This document shows positions 19,880 to 28,085 of a DNA stretch of 64,000 nucleotides, piece after piece. Position 1 is the stretch's first letter. Every line of letters begins with the position of its first letter. The stretch covers positions 171,304-235,303 of the forward strand of contig DASSYA010000017.1 in assembly GCA_035703525.1 (NCBI GenBank). Reading direction: 5' to 3'. The notes beneath the pieces were generated by a model, which did not search any database, was not told the origin of the DNA, and saw only the letters and a list, made by a program, of their open reading frames with translations. The translations under genes were made by a program, and so were the position numbers. The stretch is from Gemmatimonadales bacterium. Its GTDB lineage: Bacteria; Gemmatimonadota; Gemmatimonadetes; Gemmatimonadales; GWC2-71-9.

Positions 19880-21115
19880 TCATTGGTCGTGCCGCACGAC
19901 CTGACGGTCGTGCCTGAAACATCGGTCATTGATCGTGCCAGAACGCCCCAACCCCGCCTCGATATCGGCCACGAGATCCTCGGCCGACTCGATCCCCACC
20001 GACAGCCGAAGCAACGAATCACTGATGCCCGCGAACGTGCGAGCCTCCGCGTCCATCGACGCGTGCGTCATGGTTGCCGGATGCGCCACCAGCGATTCGA
20101 CACCACCCAGCGACTCGGCCAACGTGAAGCATCGGAGTCCATCCAGGAAGTGCCGCACCGCGAGTTCCCCGCCCCGCAACTCGAACGAAACCATCGCCCC
20201 AAATCCGAGCTGCTGCCGGGCAGCGATCTCGTGACCGGGATGGCTCCGGAGTCCGGGATACCAGACGCGCTCGACGGCGGGATGCGCGCCCAGCGCGGCG
20301 ACCACCTCGACGGCGTTCTCCTCGTGGATCCTGGTGCGCGCGTGCAGCGTACGGATGCCGCGGAGCGTGAGGTAGCTGTCGAACGGCGCACCGGTCACAC
20401 CCAGGCAGTTGGCCCACCAGCCGAGCTCCTCGACCAGCGAGGCATCGCGGGCCACGACCGCGCCGCCCACCACGTCGCTGTGCCCATTGAGATACTTGGT
20501 CGTCGAATGCACGACGATGTCGGCACCGTGCTCGAGCGGTCGCTGCCACGCGGGCGACAGGAAGGTGTTGTCTGCCACAACCAGCGCACGGAGCGCATGA
20601 GCTTTCGCCGCAACCGCGCCGATGTCGGTGATCCTGAGCAACGGATTGCTCGGTGTCTCGATCCAGACCAGCCGCGGGCTTCGAGTGGCATCTCCGACTT
20701 CCGACTCCCGACTTCCGATTCCCTCCCCCGCGCCCCACGCACCGAGATCGACGAACTCCACGTCGAACAACCCCCGTCGACTGAGGTGCGTCAGCAGCCG
20801 ATGGGTGCCGCCGTAGCAATCGTGGGTGGCCAGGATCAGGTCACCCGGACGAACCAGCTGCAGCACCGTGGTGATCGCCGACATCCCGCTGCTCGTGATG
20901 ACGCCCCCACTCGCACCCTCGAGCTCCGCGATGGCTGCACCGAGCAGATCCCGCGTCGGGTTGCCCGAGCGCGTGTAGTCGTACGGTCGCTTGACACCGA
21001 ACCCTTCGAACGAGAAGGTCGACGAGAGATGGATCGGCGGGACCACCGCCCCGTGCTCGCGGTCGGAGCAGATGCCGGCACGGACGGCGTTGGTGACGCG
21101 GGGCTCACGCGGCAT
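19880..21115 (-). CDS. metB: cystathionine gamma-synthase / O-acylhomoserine-utilising PLP enzyme (MetB/MetZ family)
   Basis: Collinear with E. coli MetB as I remember it, with PLP-Lys motif [12 protein letters not shown] and C-terminal [12 protein letters not shown] 21115 overlaps the end of metX. MetB versus MetZ cannot be decided from sequence alone. Confidence 0.8.
   Translation of the reverse strand: MPREPRVTNAVRAGICSDREHGAVVPPIHLSSTFSFEGFGVKRPYDYTRSGNPTRDLLGAAIAELEGASGGVITSSGMSAITTVLQLVRPGDLILATHDCYGGTHRLLTHLSRRGLFDVEFVDLGAWGAGEGIGSRESEVGDATRSPRLVWIETPSNPLLRITDIGAVAAKAHALRALVVADNTFLSPAWQRPLEHGADIVVHSTTKYLNGHSDVVGGAVVARDASLVEELGWWANCLGVTGAPFDSYLTLRGIRTLHARTRIHEENAVEVVAALGAHPAVERVWYPGLRSHPGHEIAARQQLGFGAMVSFELRGGELAVRHFLDGLRCFTLAESLGGVESLVAHPATMTHASMDAEARTFAGISDSLLRLSVGIESAEDLVADIEAGLGRSGTINDRCFRHDRQVVRHDQ
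20694..20721. repeat. intragenic heptad array CCGACTT-CCGACTC-CCGACTT-CCGATTC inside metB
   Basis: Coordinates derived codon by codon from the metB ORF. On the minus strand it is translated as [10 protein letters not shown]. Confidence 0.85.
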
Positions 21116-22016
21116 GGCGCACCTCGCTTTCGAGCGCGCGGTGGATGAACGCGCCGACCGACTCGACTTCCTTGAGGAAGCCATCGTGCCCGTAGATCGA
21201 TGACACGAGCTCGAGACGACATGCCGCAGTGCACTTCCGGGCCAGCTCCTCGAGCTGCCACGCCGGGACCAGCGTGTCCTCGTGGAAGCCGAGCAGGTCG
21301 AGCGGCACGGTGATCGCCGACGGGTCGACCTCGTGCAGGTCGAGTGATTCCGAGAGGGTCAGGTAGCGATCCGGCTCCCAGGTGGCGGCGAACCGCTGGC
21401 TGCCGTGATCGAGATAGCCTTCAACCGGGAATGCTCCCGAGGCCGTATCGCGCCCCGACTCGAATCGGGCCGCGAACTCCTCGGCCGTCCGGTAGGTGGT
21501 CATGCCGAGGGCACGGGCGAGTGCCACACCCTCGGTGGGGAGGCCGGCGGCGAGTCCGAGCCGGATGATCCGCCGCTGGATGACGCGGTGCGCCGTCGCC
21601 ATCGGATGGGTCTGATGCGCCGCCGCGATCACGACGAGGCGACCGACGCGCGTCGGATGACGTGCGGCGAACGCGAGCGCCACCATCCCGCCGTACGACG
21701 CGCCGACGATCGCATGGACCGCCTCACCGCCGAGCTCATCGAGGACGGTCGCGAGCTGATCGGCCTGATCGGTGGTCGTGACCGGTGCTCCGTCGGTGTG
21801 CCAGTCGATGCCGAGCACGCGCTGGCGTCTGGTGTCGACGGCGAGACCGGGACCGACGATGCCGTCCCACCAACCGGGCTGCGGATTGCTCTCGGTCTGG
21901 CAGAGATGGCGATGGGCGGAGATCCCGCCGAGCACCACCACGAGAGGGGCGTGCGGCGGGCCGGTGAGTTCCCAGGTCAGTGGTGTCGTGGGCGTGCGGG
22001 CAGTCGTGAGGGACAT
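21105..22016 (-). CDS. metX: homoserine O-acyltransferase (MetX family, short form)
   Basis: Alpha/beta hydrolase with MetX signatures PGWWDGIVGPGLAVDT, nucleophile elbow GASYGGM and C-terminal GHDGFLKE. Lies directly upstream of metB. Confidence 0.8.
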   Translation of the reverse strand: MSLTTARTPTTPLTWELTGPPHAPLVVVLGGISAHRHLCQTESNPQPGWWDGIVGPGLAVDTRRQRVLGIDWHTDGAPVTTTDQADQLATVLDELGGEAVHAIVGASYGGMVALAFAARHPTRVGRLVVIAAAHQTHPMATAHRVIQRRIIRLGLAAGLPTEGVALARALGMTTYRTAEEFAARFESGRDTASGAFPVEGYLDHGSQRFAATWEPDRYLTLSESLDLHEVDPSAITVPLDLLGFHEDTLVPAWQLEELARKCTAACRLELVSSIYGHDGFLKEVESVGAFIHRALESEVRHAA

Positions 22017-22110
22017 CGTGCGTCTCCGGCGGGTGAATGTTGCTCCACGACTCCCGGGCGGAAACGACGAACGCCCGGCGGCACGTGAAGGCCGCCAGGC
22101 GAGATACGCA
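22017..22110 (-). promoter_or_regulatory. structured 5' leader of metX-metB (candidate riboswitch/attenuator, class unknown)
   Basis: The minus-strand leader contains mutually exclusive helices: GCCTGGCGGC/GCCGCCGGGC versus CCGGGCG/CGCCCGG. The 5' segment GTGCGT..TCTC is complementary to the SD-start region GGAGACGCAC. Confidence 0.35.
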
Positions 22111-22139
22111 CTTTTAGCAGTTGTTTAACGTGGTTGCAA
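22111..22139 (-). promoter_or_regulatory. candidate sigma-70-type promoter of metX (TTGCAA-N17-TAAAAG on minus strand)
   Basis: The only AT-rich patch in this intergenic region. Hexamers lie at 22139..22134 and 22116..22111 with exactly 17-nt spacing. Confidence 0.45.
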
Positions 22140-22213
22140 GCAGCGGCAAATGACCACGGACTCCTTCGATTGTGACCGGAGGATAGATCCGGGGTTGGGC
22201 GTGGTCAAGGGAG

Positions 22214-22241
22214 GGATCGGACGTCGGAGGTCGGACGGCAG
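22214..22241. repeat. heptad array GGATCGG-ACGTCGG-AGGTCGG-ACGGCAG (left arm)
   Basis: Read directly and cross-checked with track ORF 22150..22794. It is complementary to the array at 22803-22837, with a 12-nt perfect core GTCGGAGGTCGG. Confidence 0.75.
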
Positions 22242-22309
22242 CTGCGTGGCCAGACGGTTCGGATCCAGGTCACCTATGATTCCCCGGCACCCCGTTCACG
22301 GAGCGGACC

Positions 22310-22783
22310 ATGATCCCCAGTCTCCCCACCCCTCTCGCCCCATGGGAACGGCGACTGATCCACGCCGCCTATCTCTTCGGGCTGGTGGTGGTCGGCCGCG
22401 TGGCAGCCGGCATCCTGAAGTGGATGCCGCCGGCCAGCGTCCTGATCGCACTCCAGCTCCTCGCCGCGGCAGGGGGCGTGATGTTCGTCTATCTCAGATG
22501 GTCTGCGCGTGGTCGAGCGGGTGCCCCACCGGCGTGGTTCGTGACACACGTCCTCTGGTTGATGATGTCGTTCCTCTATACCGTGGCCTGGGCGATCGGG
22601 ACGGCGGTATTCCTCTTCGGAGCCGTGGTGGTGGTCGCGACATTCCGCTCGCTCGCGGCACTGGCGGTGTATGGCCCGATCCTGGTGGCAGCCTTGATCG
22701 CGCTCTGGTTCATCTATCGAATGGTGCGGGGGTACCTGGATTACCTGCGAGAGTACCCGGCGGCGGAGATGTTGCCGCGCTGA
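22310..22783 (+). CDS. small integral membrane protein (4 predicted TM helices), function unknown
   Basis: The hydrophobic segment pattern is clear. GGAG lies 6 nt before ATG 22310. The alternative-frame 214-aa ORF (22150..22794) is Arg/Pro/Gly-rich and is rejected. Confidence 0.6.
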   Translation: MIPSLPTPLAPWERRLIHAAYLFGLVVVGRVAAGILKWMPPASVLIALQLLAAAGGVMFVYLRWSARGRAGAPPAWFVTHVLWLMMSFLYTVAWAIGTAVFLFGAVVVVATFRSLAALAVYGPILVAALIALWFIYRMVRGYLDYLREYPAAEMLPR

Positions 22784-22802
22784 CGCCCGCGTAGATGCCG
22801 CC

Positions 22803-22837
22803 CCGACTTCCGACCGCCGACCTCCGACCGCCGACCT
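22803..22837. repeat. heptad array CCGACTT-CCGACCG-CCGACCT-CCGACCG-CCGACCT (right arm)
   Basis: Coordinates derived from the translation of track ORF 22274..22927 (...[13 protein letters not shown]...). It lies between the membrane-protein stop and the ettA start. Confidence 0.85.
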
Positions 22838-22856
22838 CCCGTTATCTTCCGCCCCC

Positions 22857-24533
22857 ATGGCCGGCGAATACATCTTCACGATGCGGGACCTCCGGAAGGT
22901 CGTCCCGCCCCAGCGCGAGATCCTCAAGGGGATCCACCTTTCCTTCTACCCGGGCGCCAAGATCGGCGTGATCGGGTCGAACGGCAGCGGCAAGTCGTCG
23001 CTCCTCAAGATCATGGCCGGAGTCGACACCGACTTCCTGGGCGAGGCGAAGCCGCTGGCGGGCACCCGGATCGGGTACCTCCCGCAGGAGCCGGTACTCG
23101 ATCCGACCAAGGATGTCCGCGGCAACGTCGAGGAGGCGCTCGCCCCCATCCGGGCGCTGCTCACCGAGTTCGAGGAGATCTCCGCGAAGTTCGCGGAACC
23201 GATGAGCGACGACGAGATGAACGCGCTGCTCGAGAAACAGGGCGCCGTGCAGGATCGGATTGACCAGGCCAACGCCTGGGAGATCGACCACACGCTCGAC
23301 ATGGCGATGGACGCCCTCCGGCTGCCGCCGGGCGATGCCGATGTCTCGACCCTCTCTGGCGGCGAAAAGCGGCGGGTGGCGCTTTGCCGGTTGTTGCTTG
23401 CCAAGCCCGAGATGCTGCTCCTCGACGAGCCGACCAATCACCTCGACGCCGAATCGGTGGCATGGCTCGAACGGTATCTGCAGGAGTTCACCGGCACCGT
23501 GGTGGCGATCACCCATGACCGCTACTTCCTCGACAACGCCGCGCAGTGGATCCTCGAGCTCGATCGGGGCGAGGGGATGCCGTACAAGGGCAACTACTCG
23601 AGCTGGCTCGACCAGAAGCAGCAGCGTCTCGCCACCGAGGAGAAGCAGGCCAGCGCTCGGCAACGCAACCTCCAACGCGAGTTGGAGTGGGTACGGCTGT
23701 CGGCGCGTGGCCGGCAGGCCAAGAGCAAGGCGCGCATCAACGCCTACGAGTCGCTGGTCGCGGCAGAGGAAAAGGCCGACAACCAGGGACACGAGATCCT
23801 GATCCCGCCGGCGCCGCGTCTGGGCGACGAAGTGGTGGTCGCCAAGAAGCTCGCCAAGGCGTACGGCGACAAGCTGCTGTTCGACAACCTCGAGTTCTCG
23901 CTGCCGCGTGGCGGCATCGTGGGCGTGATCGGTCCGAACGGCGCCGGCAAGACGACACTCTTCCGGATGATCGTGGGCCAGGAGACGCCCGACAGCGGCG
24001 AACTGGTGGTCGGTCAGACGGTGATCCCCTCGTATGTCGACCAGTCGCGCGAAGCGCTCGATCCGGAAAAGACGGTGTATCAGGAGATCGCCGGCGACTA
24101 CGACAACCTGCAGTTCGGCACCCGGACCGTGAACTCACGCGCCTATTGCGGGTGGTTCGGGTTCAAGGGCTCGGACCAGCAGAAGAAGGTCGGGACGATG
24201 TCGGGCGGCGAGCGCAATCGACTCCACCTCGCGAAGCTGCTCAAGACGGGTGGCAACCTGCTGATGCTCGACGAACCGACCAACGATCTGGACGTCGACA
24301 CCCTTCGCGCCCTCGAGGACGCGCTGCTGACCTTCTCGGGCTGCGCGGTGGTGATCTCGCACGATCGCTGGTTCCTCGACCGGATCGCGACGCACATCCT
24401 CGCGTTCGAGGGCGATTCGGAGACGGTCTGGTTCGAGGGGAACTATCAGGACTATTCCGCGGACTACAAGCGCCGGAAGGGCGTCGCGGTCGACCAGCCG
24501 CACCGGATCAAGTACCGGAAGCTGCCGACCTGA
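22857..24533 (+). CDS. ettA: energy-dependent translational throttle protein EttA (ABC-F ATPase)
   Basis: 558 aa with two ABC cassettes: Walker [10 protein letters not shown] and GPNGAGKTT, signatures LSGGEKRR and MSGGERNR. The N-terminus [18 protein letters not shown] is typical of EttA. Confidence 0.93.
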   Translation: MAGEYIFTMRDLRKVVPPQREILKGIHLSFYPGAKIGVIGSNGSGKSSLLKIMAGVDTDFLGEAKPLAGTRIGYLPQEPVLDPTKDVRGNVEEALAPIRALLTEFEEISAKFAEPMSDDEMNALLEKQGAVQDRIDQANAWEIDHTLDMAMDALRLPPGDADVSTLSGGEKRRVALCRLLLAKPEMLLLDEPTNHLDAESVAWLERYLQEFTGTVVAITHDRYFLDNAAQWILELDRGEGMPYKGNYSSWLDQKQQRLATEEKQASARQRNLQRELEWVRLSARGRQAKSKARINAYESLVAAEEKADNQGHEILIPPAPRLGDEVVVAKKLAKAYGDKLLFDNLEFSLPRGGIVGVIGPNGAGKTTLFRMIVGQETPDSGELVVGQTVIPSYVDQSREALDPEKTVYQEIAGDYDNLQFGTRTVNSRAYCGWFGFKGSDQQKKVGTMSGGERNRLHLAKLLKTGGNLLMLDEPTNDLDVDTLRALEDALLTFSGCAVVISHDRWFLDRIATHILAFEGDSETVWFEGNYQDYSADYKRRKGVAVDQPHRIKYRKLPT

Positions 24534-24536
24534 TAC

Positions 24537-24689
24537 GTGAGAAGCGAGAAGCGAGAAGTGAGAAGCGAGAAGTGAGAAGCGAGAAGTGAGACGCAGGAAC
24601 TCGGACGTCCACAGCGGATGGGTGTCGCAGCATCCGGAGCTTCTCGCTTCTCGCTTCTCGCTTCTCGCTTCTCACTTCTCGCTTCTCAC
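24537..24689. repeat. heptad-repeat palindromic element 2: (GYGAGAA)x8, 48-nt spacer, (TTCTCRC)x7
   Basis: Left array is 24537-24592 and right array 24641-24689. Cross-checked with track ORF 23546..24589 (...REKREARSEKREVRSEK*). It starts 3 nt after the ettA stop. Confidence 0.9.
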
Positions 24690-24721
24690 GCGTTTGTTCC
24701 AGACTCCATTGGAGGATTCCC

Positions 24722-26380
24722 GTGCGCTTCCTGATCCTCGGCGCCGCGCTCGTTGCCGCCCCGCTCGCCACCACCGCCCAGACGCCCCGCGTCTTCGGCC
24801 ATGCCGACACCCTGCGCGGATCGAACGGCCCCGGGCGGGCGTGGTGGGATGCCACCTTCTATGACTTGCACGTGACGGTCAACCCCGCGGACAGCAGCGT
24901 CGGAGGCCGGAACGGCATCACCTACGAGGTCCTCGGGCGGGCCACCGAGATGCAGATCGACCTGCAGATGCCGCTCGCGGTGGACAGCATGGTCCAGGAG
25001 GGCCGCCCCCTCGTGTATCGCCGCGATGGCAACGCCTACTTCGTGACGCTCACCGCCCCACAACCGCTCGGCTCCCGCCAGACGGTCACGGTGTACTACC
25101 ATGGCAGCTTCGGGGGGGGGAGCACCACGCCCGGTCGCCGCTCGGGGCCGTTTACCTGGGCCACCGACAGCAGCGGCGCGCCCTGGTTCGCGACGGCCAA
25201 CGAAGGGCCGGGCGCCAGCACCTGGTGGCCGCTCAAGGACTTTGCGGCCGACGAGCCGGACAGCCAGCGGATCGCCATCACCGTGCCGGATCCGTTGATC
25301 AATGTCTCCAACGGTCGGCTGCGCTCGACGACCCACAACACCGATGGCACCACCACCTTCGAGTGGTTCGTCGCCAATCCGATCAACAGCTACAATGTCG
25401 CCATCAACGCGAGCCCCAACTATGTGCCGGTGCGGAGCGAGTATCTCGGGCTCCGGGGCCCCCTGACGATCGAGTTCTGGGCGCTGGCCTCGCACCGGGC
25501 CAACGCAGAGGCGCTCATCCCCGAGGTCAAGACGATGCTCGCGTGCTTCGAGCACTGGTTTGGCCCCTACCCCTGGTACCAGGATGGCTACAAGCTGATC
25601 GAGGTGCCCTACCTCGGCATGGAGCACCAGAGCGGGATCGCCTACGGCAACCAGTATCTCCGAGGCTACCTCGGGCGTGATCTGTCGAAGACCGGCGAAG
25701 GGATGAGCTGGGACTACATCGTGGTGCACGAGAGCGCCCACGAATGGTTCGGCAATAACATCAGTGCCAAGGACCATGCCGACATGTGGATCCACGAGAG
25801 CTTCGGCATGTACGCCGAGGCACTGTACCTCGAATGCACTGAGGGGAAGGAGGCCGGCGTCAACTACCTGGTCGGCGTGCGCTCCAGCATGATCAGGAAC
25901 GACACACCGATCATCGGCCAGTACGGTGTGCAGGATGTCCCTCGCTCGCAGGACCGATACCCCAAGGGCGCCAACATGCTGATGACCATGCGGGCCGTGG
26001 TAGGCGATGACACCACATGGCTCGCGACGCTCCGGGGACTCAACCAGACCTTCTGGCACCAGACCGTGACCGCGAAGCAGATCCGCGACTACATGAGCGC
26101 CTCGACGGGCGTCGACCTCAACCCGATCTTCGTGCAGTATCAGGAGACGATCAAGATCCCGGCACTCGAGTACAAGCTCGGGAACGGGTCACTCTCCTAC
26201 CGGTGGACCAATGTCGTGCCGGGATTCACCATGCCGGTCGATGTGATGGTCGGGAACCAGAGGGTGACCCGCCTTGCTCCGACCGAGCAGTGGCAGTCGA
26301 TGCCGGTCACGACCGCGGCCGGGGCGTCACTAGCCGTGATACCGGAGTACTACGTGACAACCCAGCGGGTGGAGGACTAG
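24722..26380 (+). CDS. secreted M1-family zinc aminopeptidase
   Basis: Signal peptide, GMEHQ (GAMEN-like) exopeptidase motif, and HESAHEWFGN...E zinc motif. GGAGGA lies 5 nt before GTG 24722. Confidence 0.85.
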   Translation: MRFLILGAALVAAPLATTAQTPRVFGHADTLRGSNGPGRAWWDATFYDLHVTVNPADSSVGGRNGITYEVLGRATEMQIDLQMPLAVDSMVQEGRPLVYRRDGNAYFVTLTAPQPLGSRQTVTVYYHGSFGGGSTTPGRRSGPFTWATDSSGAPWFATANEGPGASTWWPLKDFAADEPDSQRIAITVPDPLINVSNGRLRSTTHNTDGTTTFEWFVANPINSYNVAINASPNYVPVRSEYLGLRGPLTIEFWALASHRANAEALIPEVKTMLACFEHWFGPYPWYQDGYKLIEVPYLGMEHQSGIAYGNQYLRGYLGRDLSKTGEGMSWDYIVVHESAHEWFGNNISAKDHADMWIHESFGMYAEALYLECTEGKEAGVNYLVGVRSSMIRNDTPIIGQYGVQDVPRSQDRYPKGANMLMTMRAVVGDDTTWLATLRGLNQTFWHQTVTAKQIRDYMSASTGVDLNPIFVQYQETIKIPALEYKLGNGSLSYRWTNVVPGFTMPVDVMVGNQRVTRLAPTEQWQSMPVTTAAGASLAVIPEYYVTTQRVED

Positions 26381-26392
26381 GGGGCGAACGGC

Positions 26393-27067
26393 ATGGCCAC
26401 CGATGCGCCGGTCGGACCTGGATCGGCGGGGCCGGGATCGCACGCGCATGTCCTCCTCGTTCACGGCCTCGGGCGCACCCCGGGGTCACTGGCCTCGCTG
26501 GGTTGGGCGCTACGGCGCGAGGGGTACCCCGTGCACCAGCTGGGGTACGTTGCCGCGTTCGAATCCGTGGATCGCATCATCGGGCGGGTCAGGGACCGCC
26601 TGGAGGAGCTGAGCGCAACGCAGGTACCGCTGGTTGTCATCGGCCATTCGCTCGGTGGCATCCTCGTCCGCGCCGCCCTCGCCGAGGCCGACACACGCGC
26701 GATCCGCGTCGACCATCTCATCATGCTCGGGCCACCGAACCGGCCGCCGCGTCTCGCTCGACGACTGCAACGCAACTGGCTCTATCGCATCGTCAACGGC
26801 GATGCCGGTCAGCGACTCGCCGACCCGGGGTTCCTCGATTCGCTGCCGCCACTCACCATCCCGCACACCATCATCGCCGGTACAGGCGGGCCGACGGGCC
26901 GGTGGAGTCCCTTCGGCGGCGATCCGAATGACATGATCGTGGCGGTCGACGAGACGCACTGCACGAACGATGAGCCCGTCATCCAGTTGCCGGTTCGACA
27001 TACATTCATGATGAACGATCCGCGGGTTCGGGCCGTGATCACCGGCGTACTCGCGCAGGTCGACTGA
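26393..27067 (+). CDS. alpha/beta hydrolase (lipase/esterase-like)
   Basis: HVLLVHGLG oxyanion region and GHSLGG nucleophile elbow. Confidence 0.65.
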   Translation: MATDAPVGPGSAGPGSHAHVLLVHGLGRTPGSLASLGWALRREGYPVHQLGYVAAFESVDRIIGRVRDRLEELSATQVPLVVIGHSLGGILVRAALAEADTRAIRVDHLIMLGPPNRPPRLARRLQRNWLYRIVNGDAGQRLADPGFLDSLPPLTIPHTIIAGTGGPTGRWSPFGGDPNDMIVAVDETHCTNDEPVIQLPVRHTFMMNDPRVRAVITGVLAQVD

Positions 27068-27107
27068 CCACGATCATGCCGAGCAACACTGCACGCAAGG
27101 AGTCACC

Positions 27108-27641
27108 ATGTCGGACGCCGGATCGACGCCTCCCCATTCCGCCACTCATCCCTTCCGTGACCGGTTGTACCAGCTCTGGCCCGGACGCGAACCGGTGGCA
27201 CGCGACATCAATGCCGAGGTCGAGCGACGTTCGACCCTGGGCGATCGCCTTGCCGACCGGATCGCCGGCTTCGGCGGTTCCTGGCCGTTCATCATCATCT
27301 TCCTCGCCTTCCTCGCGATCTGGACCTACCTCAACACCGCGATCCTGGGGCCGCGGCACGAGGCGTTCGACCCCTACCCGTACGTCTTCCTCAATCTCTT
27401 CCTGTCGATGATCGCCGCACTCCAGGCACCGGTCATCCTGATGTCACAGAACCGGCAGTCCGAACGTGATCGACTCGCGGCCGCCAACGACTTCGAGGTG
27501 AATGTGCGGGCCGAGCTGGCGATCCGGGCGTTGCACGAGCAGGTCGAGGTCATGAGGATGGAGCAGATGGCACTCCTCAGGGAGCTGGTGGAGTCACGGG
27601 ATGGCTCCGGGTCCGCGAAGGGGAAGACGCATGGCGCATAG
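27108..27641 (+). CDS. DUF1003 family membrane protein
   Basis: GSWPFIIIFLAFLAIWTYLN...FDPYPYVFLNLFLSMIAALQAPVILMSQNRQ matches my memory of DUF1003. AAGGAG SD is present. Confidence 0.65.
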   Translation: MSDAGSTPPHSATHPFRDRLYQLWPGREPVARDINAEVERRSTLGDRLADRIAGFGGSWPFIIIFLAFLAIWTYLNTAILGPRHEAFDPYPYVFLNLFLSMIAALQAPVILMSQNRQSERDRLAAANDFEVNVRAELAIRALHEQVEVMRMEQMALLRELVESRDGSGSAKGKTHGA

Positions 27642-28083
27642 TCTCCATGATCCTGCCCTCGTCGCGTCACTCCACGGCCGACTCGACGCGCTCCGGGCCG
27701 ACAGCCCCAGGCAGTGGGGCACGATGACGGTCCAGCAGATGTTGGCGCACTGCGCGCGCGGGGCCGAGATGGCACTCGGCGACCGGACGCCGCCACGAAT
27801 CCTCATGGGCCGGCTGCTCGGCCCGCTCGTCAAGCGGATGATCCTCAAGGACGACTCGCCGATGATGCGGAACGCGCCGACCGCGCCCTCACTCGTGGTC
27901 GCCGACCAACCGCAACTCGATGCCGAGCGCACGCGACTCCACGTCCTGATTGATCGATTCGCCTCGGGACCAGCGGCATGCACCACGCATCCCCATCCGT
28001 TCTTCGGGACCATGACGCCTGACGAGTGGGGCATCCTGGCCTACAAGCATCTTGACCACCACTTGCGGCAGTTCGGGGTCTGA
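27631..28083 (+). CDS. DinB-like / DUF1569 family protein
   Basis: C-terminal HPFFGTMTPDEWGILAYKHLDHHLRQFG is typical of DUF1569. Start set at the internal ATG 27631 (MAHSLHD...). Confidence 0.6.
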   Translation: MAHSLHDPALVASLHGRLDALRADSPRQWGTMTVQQMLAHCARGAEMALGDRTPPRILMGRLLGPLVKRMILKDDSPMMRNAPTAPSLVVADQPQLDAERTRLHVLIDRFASGPAACTTHPHPFFGTMTPDEWGILAYKHLDHHLRQFGV

Positions 28084-28085
28084 CG

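Noticed and set aside
22017-22110. Assigning the metX leader to a known SAM riboswitch class (SAM-I/IV, SAM-II/V, SAM-SAH).
   Set aside because: I could not find the SAM-I/IV core (GAGGGA ... GCAACC in the right context) or the SAM-II AAAGCU-type pseudoknot signature by eye. It is kept only as an unclassified structured leader.
22150-22794. 214-aa ORF overlapping the 157-aa membrane protein ORF in another frame.
   Set aside because: It is Arg/Pro/Gly-rich with no hydrophobic core or motifs. The 22310..22783 frame gives four clean TM helices and has a GGAG SD.
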